Assembly (NCBI GenBank): GCA_016618085.1
Contig: JABLTG010000114.1
Coordinates: forward strand, 1-64,000
Length of the DNA: 64,000 nucleotides
From: Neovahlkampfia damariscottae
Lineage: Eukaryota
Reading direction: 5' to 3'
Below are positions 35,733 through 49,258 of this stretch, one piece after another. Position 1 is the first letter of the stretch. Each line of letters begins with the position of its first letter. The notes under the pieces are model-generated. The model was not told the DNA's origin. It saw only the letters and a list, made by a program, of their open reading frames with translations, and did no database searches. The translations under genes and the position numbers were made by a program.

Positions 35733-36464
35733 TTAAAAAATTGAATTTAAATTTTTTTTCATTTCTGAATTCAAACGTACATTTGGTCTTTTCTTTTTTA
35801 TATTTTCAAAAGCAATTTCCCAATTTGGATATATTTCAAGTCCTACTAATAATGCAATTAACATACAACAACTACGACCTCTTCCATAAGCACAATGAAC
35901 TAAAATTGAGTTTTGATTTTTTTCAACATTTTCGTAAATCTTTTTTACTTTTTTTATTGCATTTTTCATATTTTCACAAGAAGGAGGTGTTGCATCCCAT
36001 GTTGGAAATGATAAATAAATTGGTTTTTCATCAAAATGATTTAACAAACTTGGTATTTCATTGGTTAAATCTACAATTACTTTTATGTTTTTAATCTCTT
36101 CTTTTTTTAAATTTTGAATAGAAAACCTTCCTCCAATATAAAATTGATCATTGATTTTTGATACATCTGTTTCAAATTCTTTTTTAAATTTTCTTATAAT
36201 TCTATCAATGAATTGACTATAAACAAAAACTAAAGTGTGCGTTGGCCACCAAAGAAAATAACTCAGAAAATGAATATCTCCATTTTTGTTTTTTAATAAT
36301 AAATTTGGTGTAAAATCTAATTGAACCATTGACGCTATCACTCCTGAACAGATGGAACCTTCAATTAAAATGTATTTGAGAATTTGTAATTTTTTAGGAA
36401 GAAAATATTGAAGAATTGAGAGCGCTCCTGAAACAGTTAAAAATATAAATGTCAGTTTTTTCAT
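35733..36464 (-). CDS. Membrane-associated dual-specificity phosphatase
   Basis: PTWDA, ILVHCAYGRGRS, N-terminal TM segments. Confidence 0.85.
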   Translation of the reverse strand: MKKLTFIFLTVSGALSILQYFLPKKLQILKYILIEGSICSGVIASMVQLDFTPNLLLKNKNGDIHFLSYFLWWPTHTLVFVYSQFIDRIIRKFKKEFETDVSKINDQFYIGGRFSIQNLKKEEIKNIKVIVDLTNEIPSLLNHFDEKPIYLSFPTWDATPPSCENMKNAIKKVKKIYENVEKNQNSILVHCAYGRGRSCCMLIALLVGLEIYPNWEIAFENIKKKRPNVRLNSEMKKNLNSIF

Positions 36465-36548
36465 TTTAAACTCGAAATAAAGTCAACACAGTTCGATTTT
36501 CAAAGAGTTATTTGACCAATCATCTGAGACAGAAATAAATTTTAATTC

Positions 36549-36653
36549 AGTTTGAATATCACCCACTTGTAAACTGGCAAAAATGACCAAAATGGTCATT
36601 TTCATCAGTCTTGCAATCTACTCAAAATGGAGTAGAAAGGAGTTTGAATATCA
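36549..36653. other. 79-bp double-hairpin segment between 13-bp direct repeats
   Basis: agtttgaatatca at 36549 and 36641; hairpins aaaatgacca-aaa-tggtcatttt and tctactc-aaaatg-gagtaga. Confidence 0.5.
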
Positions 36654-36671
36654 GTTTCTTATTTAAATTAT

Positions 36672-37231
36672 TTATTCAGTTTTTTCAAAACTTAAGGATT
36701 TTTTTTGAAATCCATACATTTTAGTATACATTTTTGCCATGGATTTAAAACCTCTTTCATCTCCAGCACGTAATAAATTACCAGCATCACAATTTAAAGG
36801 AGAAGAAGCTTCAGGATGATTTAAAAGAGAAATAATAGCTCTACAAAGAGTAGATAATGTCCAAGCAGGGCTCCAACTTGTTTTTAAGATATCTAAACAA
36901 ATCTCTCCTGTCTTGAAGGAATTTAAAAAAAATAAAAAATTCAACCTTGAAATGTATGTTTGGATGAAAAATTTTTGTCAAGAAATAAGCTTTTGGAGGT
37001 TTAATTGGATATTGTTCAGATGCTACCTTGTTTGAAAATTGGTTTTAAAATCAAGTTTTAGTTTACAATTTTGATTTCAAAGATTCCTCCTTCAAAAGGT
37101 GTTTCTGTTGGTCCTATAAATCTACCTAACCATGTATGAATATCATTTTCATTTGGTATTAATTTTAAATCTTCTTCTTCATTTTTTTGAAGGTCTTTGT
37201 ATTCACGGATTAATCTTTTTGAAGAGGACAT
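36672..37231 (-). CDS. PEX4: Ubiquitin-conjugating enzyme E2, PEX4-like
   Basis: KRLIREYKDL, GPTETPFEGG, IFHPNIHFK|TGEICLDILK, PLNCDAGNLLR. Confidence 0.8.
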
Positions 37232-37310
37232 AAGTTTGATTTTATTGGTTAATTCTCTTCAGTTCTAATTTCTTTTAATTGAACGTCTGTTGTGTGAAGA
37301 ATAAAAAAAA

Positions 37311-37599
37311 ATGACCTTTTTTTCAAAAACATTAGAATTACTGTCAGCAAGATTTACAAAAGGACAAATAAGGTATTTGAAAAAAAAAATAATTTAAATT
37401 GAAAAAAAGAAATATGAGAAAAATGCATGAAAAAGCAAAAAAAGCACAAGAAAGAAAAAGAAAATTTTTGAGATTACAAAATCCAGCACCAGTTGCTTCA
37501 TTTTTCAGAAAACCATATTGGAAGCATATTGTTGAAGGTCAAAAAGCAAAAGATCTTAAAAATGGTGTTGATCAATTTGGAAATCCAACTAAAAACTAA
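37311..37599 (+). CDS. Small basic protein, possibly mitochondrial
   Basis: ATG 37311, one intron, Arg/Lys-rich. Confidence 0.5.
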
Positions 37600-37774
37600 A
37601 TAAATTTTTGTAAATTTTTTTGAAAAAAATAAAAAAAAAACCGAAATTATTCCAATTTGAAAGTGACCAATAAAAAGGTTCAATTTTCAGATTTTTATTT
37701 CGTCCAATCAATTGTGAACAAAACAAAAACAACACAAAGACGTAGGAGAAACAATTATTAACATTTCATAATAG

Positions 37775-38868
37775 ATGTTCGTTAAAGTAGTGAAAAACAA
37801 GGCATACTATAAACGTTTCCAAGTTAAATTCAAAAGAAGAAGAGAAGGTAAAACTGACTTCAGAGCAAGAAAAAAAATGGTTGCACAAGACAAAACAAAA
37901 TATAACGCACCAAAACACAGACTTGTTGTTAGATTTGTAAGAAAAAAAAGGAAATATTTTTAACACTTTTTTTTCAAAAGACAAACAAAGATGTTATTTG
38001 TCAAGTTATCGCTGCAAAATTAACAGGAGATTACTGTCTTACATCAGCTTATGCTCATGAATTACCAAGATATGGTCTTAAATTTGGTCTCAAAAATTAT
38101 TCAGCTGCTTACTGTACTGGATTACTTTGTGCAAGAAGATTACTCAACAAATATAAATTAGACTCAAAATATGAAGGAGTTAAAAAAGTTGATGGAAAAC
38201 ACTTTTTAGTACAAGAATTAGAAAATGAAGCAAGACCATTCAAAGCTAGTTTAGATGTTGGTTTGGCTAGAACAACAACTGGAGCTCGTATCTTTGGTGC
38301 TCTCAAAGGTGCTTGTGATGGAGGTCTTTTAGTACCACATTCAGAAGAAGGAAAAAGATTCCCAGGTTATGATGATGAAGAAAAAAAATACGACCCATCA
38401 GTTCATAGAGATAAAATTTTTGGAAAACACGTTTCAGAATATATGAAACACTTAAAAGAAACTGATGAAAAAAAATATCAACAACACTTTTCACAATTTA
38501 TTGCTGCTGGTGTTGATGCTGATGGTTTAAAAGGTGTTTATGAAAAAGTACACGCTGCTATCAGAAAAGACCCAACTCCTGCAGAAAAAAAGAAAACACA
38601 AGAAAATCCAAAATCATACAAAACTGCAAGATTAACTCTTACTCAAAGAAAACAAGCTGTCAAAGAAAAAAAAGAAAGAATTGTTGCTGAAATTAATAAA
38701 ATCAGAGAAGAAAAAGGTCTCATTGTTGATGAAGAAGAAATTGGCGTTGTCAAAATTAAAAAGAAAGACAAAGTTAAACAAATCTCTACAAAGAAACCAA
38801 AAGCACCTAAAGTTGCTGCTGGTGGAGCTGCTGAAGAAGATGGAAAGAAAAAAAAGAAAAAAAAATAA
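37775..38868 (+). CDS. RPL5: 60S ribosomal protein L5 (uL18) with Lys-rich C-terminal extension
   Basis: [51 protein letters not shown]; one intron. Confidence 0.97.
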
Positions 38869-38957
38869 ATTTACAATTTGTTACGGTTGATTTTTCATCA
38901 AAATTTTGTGTCATTTTTTATTTACCTCATCATTGACACCTTCATCCAATCATTTTC

Positions 38958-40281
38958 ATGTCTTCTCGTCTTCATGCTGAATTCAAAAATTTAGCTTTGT
39001 ATTTTCATTGGCCATTTTGTAAAAGTATTTGTTCATATTGTGATTTCAATAGATATACTAAAACAATTGATGATGAAATCATGCTAAAACGTTACAAACA
39101 AATCATTCAACATTTTTTTCAAAATAATGAAAAAAGAAATATCTCAAGTAAGAAGAAAAGTAAAAAAATTAACGGGATAAGGTATATTCTTTGGTGGAGG
39201 AACACCATCATTGGCTTCTCCAAAAACCTTTTATGAAATATTTAATGAAATTGATAAATATTCATCCATTGATGAATCCACAGAAATTTCAATGGAAGCC
39301 AATCCAACAGTATTTTTATTTTAAATAATATTAACAGTGATTAGTCTATTGAAACTGAAAAATTGAAAGAATTTCGAAAAATTGGAGTAAATCGATTATC
39401 TATGGGTGTTCAATCATTGGATGAAAATGATTTGAAGTTTTTGGAAAGAGAACATTCAAAAGAAGATGCTTTGAAATGTATTGATTTAGCTTCACATATA
39501 TTTGATAAATTTTCTGTTGATTTGATTTTTGGAACACCTTTACATAAAAAAAATTCAAAAGTTTGGTTTGAAAATTTGGATGAAATTTTGAAAATGAAAG
39601 TGTCACATATCTCATTGTATCAATTGACTATTGAAAAGAGAACAAAGTAAACTAAATTTTATTGACGTATCAAGAATGTTCAAGTTATTCAAGGAAAATC
39701 AATTTGAACTACCAAATGAAGAGGAAAGTGCGAATTTATACGAAAAAACGATAGAAATTTGTAAATTATATGGATTGAGTCAATATGAAGTTTCTAATTT
39801 CGCAAAAGAAAATTTTGAATGCAAACATAACATTCATTACTGGAAGTATAATTAAAATTTATTGATTTTTTATAGATGTCGTGATTATTTAGGTATAGGA
39901 CCAGGTGCTCATTCAAGAATAACCAATTCAAATAATAAAAGAATTTCATCGGTTCAAATTTTAAATCCAAATGATTGGATTTCAAAATCAGATGAATTCA
40001 TTGATGGAAATAAAAAAAATGAAGTTTTAAATGAATCTGATAGATTAATTGAATTAATCATGATGGGAATGAGAGTGAATACTGGAATAAGTAATGAAAG
40101 ATTTAAATATCATTTAAATGGAAAATCATTTGAAGATGTTTTGAACATTAATTCATTGAATTTATTGAAGAAAGAGAAATTAATTGATTATAATTCAAAT
40201 GAAAGATTAAAAGTTACAAAAAAAGGATATCATATTCTTGACTCAATTATATCTTATTTGATCAAAGATTTTAAAATATAA
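38958..40281 (+). CDS. RSAD1: HemW/RSAD1 radical SAM heme chaperone
   Basis: YFHWPFCKSICSYCDF, FFGGGTPS, MEANP, RLSMGVQS, YEVSNFA, HNIHYW, YLGIGPGAH. Confidence 0.9.
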
Positions 40282-40350
40282 TTTTCAATCATAATTAATT
40301 GGATGTTACTCAATATACGAATACAAATTTTGTTTCATATTGAAATTATA

Positions 40351-41637
40351 TTATTTGAAGTATTTATCGATTAAATCTTTTCCTGTTGCTTGAGAAATTG
40401 CAAAATTCTTCAAAAATGGAACCTCATTGATCATTGAAACTCCTACTTTTCTAATTAATGGAATTGGTCCAAAATTGAAATCGTATGATTGTTTCAAAAA
40501 TTCCAACATATTCAAAGCTACTTCATTTCTTGGGAATTGTTCTTTTTCATATTTTTTTAACATAGTTAAACTACCAATATCTTGACCTGATTCAATTGCT
40601 TCTTTAATTACTTTAGTCAAAACGACGACATCAACAAATCCTAAATTTGCACCTTGACCAGCCAATGGATGAGCAACATGTGCAGCATCTCCAACTAAAG
40701 CAATTCCTTCTTTTACATACTCATTCACATGTAATCTCTTCAATGGAAATGATAATCTAAATTTGTTCAATTCTTCTAAAACGATTGGTGGTGCAGAAAC
40801 ATTTGATTTGTTGATTTGAAAATGATTATTTAATTCTTCAATAAATTTCTCTGAAGTCAAATTTTGAAGATAATTGCAATGTTCTGGGTTTGTGCTCCAA
40901 ACTATATTTGAATATTCACCAAAAGGTAACATTGCTATTGGTCCTGTTTCTAAAAATTTTTGATAGGCTATTTCACTTTCATATGATGTTTTTACAGTTG
41001 AAACTAATGCTCTTTGTGAATAATTCCAACTTAAACTTGGAAAAGTAAAAAATTCTCTGACAAATGAATTGGCTCCATCACAACCAATAATTAATTTTGT
41101 TGTAATACTATTATTTGAATCTTTAAAATTTAATTTTAAACCATTATCTAATCTTTCTATGAATTTTAATTTTTCAGTTAAAATGTCAAATGAATCATCA
41201 TATAATGAATTTGTAATTATTGAATTCTCGATAATGTAACCTAAATTTTCATCTTCTTCTCCTTTATTTTCTTTAAAATTTATTAAACTATTTGATAAAT
41301 CATCCCAAACAATCATTTCTGAATATTTTTTAGCATAATTTTTTATTTCATCCCATTTTTCAATTTGTTCAAAAAATTTTTTTGTAAATTTTGAAATAGC
41401 AATCATTCTTAAATCTTTTGGTGGTGAATTTACATCTCTTGATTTTTTTTCATATTTTATTGGATCTATTAAAACAATTTTTAAATCTTTAGTAAAAGTT
41501 GATGTTTTTAAACTTTTCATCATTGAAGCACCAACTAAACCACCTCCAACAACAACAATATCATATGAATTAGTTGTTTGTGTTGTATAAAATTTACTAA
41601 CCAATTGTTGTTTTCTGTTCAATAAAAACCTCTTCAT
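40351..41637 (-). CDS. COQ6: Ubiquinone biosynthesis monooxygenase COQ6
   Basis: DIVVVGGGLVG, IIGCDGANSFVR, ALVGDAAHVAHPLAGQGANLG; mitochondrial presequence. Confidence 0.9.
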   Translation of the reverse strand: MKRFLLNRKQQLVSKFYTTQTTNSYDIVVVGGGLVGASMMKSLKTSTFTKDLKIVLIDPIKYEKKSRDVNSPPKDLRMIAISKFTKKFFEQIEKWDEIKNYAKKYSEMIVWDDLSNSLINFKENKGEEDENLGYIIENSIITNSLYDDSFDILTEKLKFIERLDNGLKLNFKDSNNSITTKLIIGCDGANSFVREFFTFPSLSWNYSQRALVSTVKTSYESEIAYQKFLETGPIAMLPFGEYSNIVWSTNPEHCNYLQNLTSEKFIEELNNHFQINKSNVSAPPIVLEELNKFRLSFPLKRLHVNEYVKEGIALVGDAAHVAHPLAGQGANLGFVDVVVLTKVIKEAIESGQDIGSLTMLKKYEKEQFPRNEVALNMLEFLKQSYDFNFGPIPLIRKVGVSMINEVPFLKNFAISQATGKDLIDKYFK

Positions 41638-41696
41638 TTTTTATTGGTCAAATCAAACAAGATGAAAATATTTATTTTACAAACAAACTCAAAATT

Positions 41697-42894
41697 CTAT
41701 TCAAATTTCCATCCCATCAACTTTGAATATTCAAAAATTGTTTGATAAGTAAAAACATATTGCTCTTTTTTTTGAATCATTCCAACACGTTGTTGTTTTA
41801 ATTGTTTAACAGTGTTAAAAATATCAAAATTGAATTCTTGTTTTTGATTTAATTTCATTTGTTGAAGCATTGCATGAATTGCGATAAATGTACCTGTACG
41901 TCCAATACCTGCTGAGCAATGGACTACAGTAGGTCCCATTTCATCACCTAATCTCTTTTCAATTCTTGACATTTGTTGCATTATATAATTCAAAGATTTT
42001 GAACATTTTGGGCAACCCATATCAGGCCATCCTAAATATTGATAAAAATAAATTCTTCTTGAATTTTTATGATTCAAATCTCTTAAAATGAATTCAAGTT
42101 GATTTATATCTTTAACTCTTGTTTGAGAAATAGTTTCAATTTCAACATGACCATAAATGATTGTTTCTCCTAGTAATGGCCAATAACGATCAGCTTTTGA
42201 CTTTATAATTTTTAATATTTTTGTTATTCATACCTTTCCAAGGAAATTACATTCATCAGGTGTATCTTCATCAGTTTCAGTTAACATTACAATAACTCTA
42301 CATCGATATTCTAAAACCATTCTCCAAAAATCAACAAAGGTTTCAGTAATAGGAGCTTGAGTTGCAATATATTTTTGTTTTACACCTTCCAAGTCAATTA
42401 AATTTGCATTTATGTAATCTTCTTCATGTTTTTCAGTAGTCTGAAGTTTAACTCTTGTTTTCTCATCTTTTTTAAAATTTTTAATTTTTTTTTTTAGTTT
42501 TTCTGTTACTTGGTAAAACTTTTGAGTATTTATTTTTTTTTGAATTTTTTGACTGTCTGGCACTTTTGAACATACCAGTTTGTCTTTGAAGCGTGTTTTC
42601 ATATCTAGTTAGATTCTAAAAGATAAGTATTCAAAAGTTAGAAAATACTTCGAATTCATTATCGTAACCGTCTTTCTGATCAAATGAGCATGACGCTGGT
42701 TGAGATAATTGTTCTAAGTGCTTTTTGAGGTCTATTACAGGTTCACCGGGGTTCGAAATGTTTGGTGTACCCAAATCATCGTAAGAATCACCAGATTGAA
42801 AGAAACGAGAAAATGTTTTCATCATTTCGTCTCTTAACGCGTTTTTATATTTTACTTTTGGTGCTTTGGAGGAGTTGGATATTATATCTGTCAT
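41697..42894 (-). CDS. Classical protein tyrosine phosphatase
   Basis: KNKY, DYINAN, YIATQAP, WPDMG, VHCSAGIGRTG, MIQKKEQY. Confidence 0.92.
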
Positions 42895-43290
42895 GCTTTG
42901 TGTTCTCTTTAATTGCTTTTCCGTTTTTCTCCAAGTTCAAAGTCAACGCTTTTTTCACCAACGTTTTTTTCTTTGAATCTATTTAAAGATTTATCCAACC
43001 AATCACGGAGTTTCTTATATTTGAAAATTGAAGTTGATCAACAAAAGTTGACAAAACTTGAATAAAATTAGAAATTACAGATAATTTTCTTTTTTGATGA
43101 ATCGATTTGATTTGTCCAACTTCCATCAATTTTATTGTTGGGCATCAAAGTTACCGGAACAAGAAAAAATTAAGATTAAATGTCCTGTCATTTTTTTGTT
43201 AGTATATTCATCATAGAATTCAAAACAAATTCAATTGTGAAAACTGAACTGTTTTCATTGGTTCTTTTATCAAGTTGAAGTTTTCTCTAC

Positions 43291-44127
43291 ATGTCACTGC
43301 TGTCTGATCTTTCAGGATGGATTTATTTCATATCCTGGACTCTAATGTACTATCCACAAATATATTTGAATCATACAAAAAAGAGTGCAAGTGGATTGTC
43401 TTATGATTTCGTTGCTTACACAACAATGGGAACAACAGCTTATTTTTTGTTCAACATGATTTTATTTTTTTCCGATTCAGCTTCAAAAGAATACATGAAT
43501 GTCTTTGAACTTGCTAAAAACCCAATACAAATTAATGATTTTTTATTTGCCACAAATTCATTGTTGAGTAGCGTTGTAATCGTTGTTCAATGTCTTATTT
43601 ATGATGTAATATTTTTGTTTCGAATTTATTTCAAAAAAAAAGGGTGGAAATCAAGAGATTTCAAAACCAACTTTAGGAATAGTTTCAGTTGCCTACATGA
43701 CACTTGGTTTTTATCTTTTAATGTCAACAATGTCTTTTTCTTTTGTTAGATTTTTGGTATTATCTGGACAATTGAAACTTTTAACGATATTGTTCAAGTA
43801 CATACCACAAGTAAACTTTTAATGATAATTTTTAATTCTTCAAAGGTTTATTTTAATTTCAAGAGAAAAAGTTGTAAAGGACATAGTCTTGGAATGATAG
43901 TATTAGATTTACTTGGTGGTTTTTTTTCAATTGCTCAAGTTTATTTAATAGCTTGGGAACAAGATAAATCAGTTCCAATTTTTACTGGGTGGTCTATAAA
44001 TCCAAAAATTGGTTTAGGTTTTTTATCAACATCTTTTGCTATTATTTTTTGGATACAACATGTAATATATCATGAAAAAAAAATCGAAAACGAACAACTA
44101 GAAATTACAATTGAAAAAGAAGTTTAA
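43291..44127 (+). CDS. Cystinosin-like PQ-loop transporter
   Basis: GWIYFISWTLMYYPQIYLN..KSASGLSYDF; second KYIPQ; LDLLGGFFSIAQ. Confidence 0.88.
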
Positions 44128-44130
44128 TTT

Positions 44131-44828
44131 TTATTCTTTTGAAAAAATAAATTCATCATCTAACCATTTTAATGTTTTTATCGAGTTTTTAATATCTATT
44201 TTAAAATTCAAATTTTCATTGGAACTAATTGGATTATCTAGAATTGTAATTTTTTCTAATTTTTTTAATTTTTCAAATTTTTTGAAATTTATTTCTTTTA
44301 TTTGATTTCCAAATAACCCTAAAAATTTTATATTTTCTAATTCAAAAATTTCATCAATTTCTTCAATTTCATTACACGACAAAGATATCCTTTTGTGAAA
44401 ATATAAATTTAATTTTTTAGTTTATTACCTTGAATATTTAATGATATTTTTTAATATTACCAATTTAAAGTTTGTTTTAAATGATTTAAATTTTGGATTT
44501 TTTTTATTTTGTTTTTTCTTAATTCCAGTATCTCCAGTTTTGGCACAAATTTTAATTGATCAGTTATTGTTGTAATTTTATTATAATTTAATGATAGTTC
44601 AATTAAATTTGGAACATTTTCAAGTTCAGGAAAAAACTGTATGTCATTTGCATTTAAATTTAAAACTTTTAAATTTAAAAAAGTCAAATCTTTTTTTGAT
44701 AAATTTTGTAAATAATTCCTTGGGATATCTAAGTGTATTATTTCTGTTTCATCATAATCTTCAAATATATTTTCAAGTGTTTTTAACTGTTGATTCGAAA
44801 AATTTAAATATTTTTTCTTCTGTTTCAT
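44131..44828 (-). CDS. Leucine-rich repeat protein (SDS22-like)
   Basis: Repeated LxxLxLxxNxI units. Confidence 0.8.
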
Positions 44829-44920
44829 GAAAACTTGTTGGTTATTGTTTGCAAAAAATAAATAAATATTATTGGTTTATTTCTAACAAATCACACAACA
44901 ACTTTTTTCAACCAACAAAA

Positions 44921-45547
44921 ATGGACAAATCCTTAGACGAAATTCGCTCAGAAAATCCAAGAAGAAGAAATTTTAAAAACAAAAGAAATACAAAAAAAAA
45001 ACCATACCAAGTAATAAAATAGCTCCCAAAAAAAAATTAACATGTGAAAAAGAAAGAAGAAAAAGGAAAAGTTATTATTAAAACAAAAGGAAATCAAGGT
45101 CAATCATCAAAAATTGAAATTTCAAATCTCAATGAATCTGTTACTGGAAAAGATCTTGATGAATTGTTTGGAAAATTTGGTAAAGTAGTAAAATCATACG
45201 TGAAAACAGATAAAGAAAAAAAGAGTTTAGGAATTGGTTATGTCATTATGAAAACACCTGAAGAAGCTCAAAAAGCTACAAATGAATATGATGGTGCAGA
45301 GTTAGATGATAAACCAATTGTAGTCAGAATTGTTGAAGACAAAAAAAAAGGAGGTTTAATTGTTACAAAACAAAATGAAAAAAAAGAAAAGAAAGAAAAA
45401 AAACCAAAAGAAAAGAAACCAAAAAAAGAAAGAAAACCTTTGGAGTAAAAAAAAAAAAAAATTTAAATTTTAATTTTTAGTAAGGACGAGTTAGATAATG
45501 ACTTGGATAGTTATTTCGCAAAATCAACTGAAACAAAAGAAGAATAA
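44921..45547 (+). CDS. ALYREF: ALY/REF (THOC4) mRNA export adaptor
   Basis: MDKSLDEI N-terminal box, RRM, C-terminal ELDNDLDSYF box. Confidence 0.85.
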
Positions 45548-45657
45548 AAAATTACATTTCTCATTGGTCTTTTATAGATCTAAAATTAATTCATCTTTTC
45601 ATTGGTTCACTTTGTACTGTTTGCCGTCTTCATATAACAACTCGATCAAATTCTAAA

Positions 45658-48600
45658 ATGATACCAATCAAAGAAAAAAACGAAGCTTTGTTGAATATAA
45701 ATGATATTTTATTGACAAAAACTCTCAAAGTTTTACCAAAATCTCAAATATATTCAGCAGAAACAGTTGATTTTAATAAAATACCAACAAAGTCTATAAT
45801 GATTGAAGTTTTTGATTCAACTAAATTTAAAAAACCACAAGAAGAAGAAATAAAAAGGTTAAACGAAAAAAGTGAATTAAAACATCCAAACCTTTTGAAG
45901 AAATTCGGTAACTTTGAAAACCAAGGAAAATTTTTTTCTGTTTCTGAAAGAATTGAAGGTAAATATAAATCAAAAATATATTAAAATTAAATATTAAAAG
46001 TGTATTTATCAGATTTAATTTCATATAAATACCCAAAAGGAATAACAAATGTTTCATTAATAGCTACTGTTTTACAAGATATTTTAAAAGGATTAAATTA
46101 TATACATTCAAAAGAACAATATCAAGGACATCTTTGTACTAACCATATTTTAATTGATTCAACTTTTACTGTACTTTTAGATCCAATAGAACCTTTTTAT
46201 GAAGATTTATCACCAGAAAATTGTTGGATTTCACCAGAACTTTTAAAAGAAAAAAAATTATCAATAGCTTCAGATATTTGGAGTTTTGGTGTTTTATGTC
46301 TTGAAATATCATCAGGTGTTACTCCTAAATTTGATGAAAATCAAACAAAGTTCAAATTTACAAATATACCAGCACTTTTGAATATGCAAAATGATTTATA
46401 TTGTAATTCATTTAAAGCAATGGTTGATCTTTGTTTAAGAAAAAATCCAAATGAGCGACCTGATTCAAATGAATTATTGAAACATGATTTTTTTTTAAAT
46501 TCAACAACAACAGATTCTTTATATTCTTCTTTATATGAACATTTAAATAACTTGGATAATTTAAAAACTATTGATGATGATGTTTATTCAAAATGGACTT
46601 ATGATTCAACCAATAGCGAAGAAGATTTAGTTTCTCCAAAAAATGGAATTTCAAATGATTCAAGTTTTTATTTTGAAACTGGTTCTTTAAATCGTTCATT
46701 ATCTCATCAAAATATATTTTCATTTAAAGAACAAAATTCACTTCAAAAATTTAAAAGCGCAAAAAATTTAAAAGAAACAAAAAAAGATCAACATCCGATA
46801 AAATATCTTTTAATGGATGACGAAGAGTATGGTAGACTTGTTGATTCACCTGAATCAGTTATATTCAAATTTGAAAAGAAAAATCAAAACACATCAAAAG
46901 GAAATCATTCATCCAATGATAAATCTGACTCATCAAATGAAGATCAATTTAAAAATAGAAATAAAAATATGAAACCAAAAAATATAATAATTGAATCGAA
47001 CAATATAAATTTAAAATCAAATCAAAAATCAAGTCCAAATCAAAAATTATTAAATCAACAAGACAAAAAAACAAATACAGTTGAAAAAAGAGGTCGTTTT
47101 GTTATTGAAACAACAACACCTACAAATTCAATATTGCATAAATTTTCAGAATTTGATCAAGATGAAAAAGTAGAATCAAGTTCAAGAGAATCACTTTCAC
47201 CCAATGATATTTCAAATCAATCAAAAAAAGATTTTAAAGAAGAAAAAATTGGAAGATTTCAAATTACATCACCATCATCATCACATTATCAACAATATTC
47301 TTATTCATGTCCAACTTCACCTTCAAAAAAATTAGTGACAAAAAAAAAGGAAAATGGAAAAAATGAAGAAATATTTGGTAGATTTAAGATATCTGAACCA
47401 AATTTAAATGAAATTGAAAGTTCACCAAAAAGTCAAAAGAAAAAGAAATTTATTGTTTCTGATGTTAAAAAAGATTCAAGTCAAAAAGAATATGAATCAG
47501 ATAATGAAAGTATAGTTAAACAAAGATCAAAATCAATAAAATCAGAATCATCTGATTTATCAACTACATCAAATAATACAATAATGAAAAAAGAAGAAAC
47601 TATTCAGAATCATAGAAATTCAATTGATTTAGGATCTCAACCATTATCATCACCTAAAAAACAAGATCAATCTTTTAGTAGATTTAAAAAAGAAAATACA
47701 ACAGAAATAGTTGGTAGATTTACTATTGCTGATGTTGTTAGTTCATCAATTAAAAACGTAAAGAATAAAAGTGAAAATATAAAAGGAGATGGATCATTTG
47801 GTAGATTTCATGTCAAAGAAATTACAACATCAGATTCAAATAATGTATGTAGTAGTAGTGGTGGTGTTGGTAGTAGTGTTGGTGGTGTTAACTCTAATAC
47901 AAAGAGTAGATTTACCATTTCTGATGTCATTTCTGATACAGATTCACAAAAATCTGATACAGCTGAAACAAGAGGTAGATTTACTATTTCTGATGCACCT
48001 ACCATTACAACACCAACCAATACAGATAATATTGACTCACAAACTATTTTTGAAAAAGAAAAAAAATTGAAAGAATCAAGTTCACCTGATTTAAAAAAAG
48101 GTAGATTTAGAATTTCTGATGCATCTTCAAAAACACAAAATTCAGAAGAACTTGAAAGAATTGAAAAAAAGAAAAAAATAACAAATTTGAAAGTTGAAAT
48201 TGTTAATAAAAATAGTGAAGTTATTGAAGAGACACATGGTAGATTTACTGTTGTAACAAATTTAAAAGATCAATCACCAAAATCAGGATTTGAAAATGAA
48301 AGAAAAGATATTGATAATATATTTAATCATCCAAAGAAAAAAGAAACAAAAGAATCAAAAGAAGAGGTTGTTGGAAGATTTAAAATTAAAACACTTGAAG
48401 ATAAGTCATCAAATTTGACACCTGAACATGCTGTTTCTCCAAGAATTGTAAATATTTCTGAACATACACCAACAACACCAAATACTCAATATTTTACAAA
48501 ACAATCAACTCAAGACCAACAACAAGAGGAAGTTAATGTTGCTGGTAGATTCACTGTGAAGACTTATAAAACGGAACAAGAGAAAAAAAAACAACAACAA

Positions 48601-48822
48601 AATTTAAAAGTTCAAGAAGACATTCAGGAGCTTAAACATCAAAATGAAAAGCAAATGAAAACTTTAAACTTATTGCTGGAGTTAATGAATCAAAAAAATT
48701 CTGGTGAAAAGATTTCCAAACAACTGGAGGAAATGAAAAAGGAAATCAAAGAATTATCAAGCGAAGTTCGCGTTTTAAGAAAAGAAAATCAAGTACTCAA
48801 AGAGTTCTTGACAAAAAAATAA
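45658..48822 (+). CDS. STE20 (OSR1/SPAK-like) pseudokinase with RFx[VI] motif array and C-terminal coiled coil
   Basis: Kinase fold (HPNLL, LKGLNYIH, WISPE, SDIWSFG, RP..NELLKHDF) without Gly loop, HRD or DFG. Confidence 0.75.
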
Positions 48823-48880
48823 ATTCTTTTTTTTTTTGTGTAATGAAAATATTTTATTTCACAATCTCCAGGAAAAAAGT

Positions 48881-49096
48881 TTATCTTAACTAAAGAAAAA
48901 AAAAAGTTAGAATTCTTTGAAAATGAAAACAAACTTTAGCAAAACCGATGTTAGCGTGGTTTTCTTTGAAACATTGTCTGCATAAATTTAATCCGTATTT
49001 TCTAATTAAACCGTGTCTATGTTCACAAATTCTGCACATTCTTGAACCTGAACCGAATTTTTTAGGGTGAGATTTCCAAATATTTTTATGAGCCAT
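48881..49096 (-). CDS. RPS29: 40S ribosomal protein S29 (uS14)
   Basis: [41 protein letters not shown]; intron before the last codons. Confidence 0.95.
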
Positions 49097-49258
49097 TCTA
49101 AAAAAGATAAAAGTTAGTATACACGAACTAAAAACTTTGTGCTTACTTCTAACTTGTTTGTGCTTACTAAAACTTTCGTCCAATTAAAAACGATTTTCAG
49201 AGATATTTATTGGAGAATTAAGTGACCAATCGGAAAATTCCAAAGCAAAAATAAAAAC

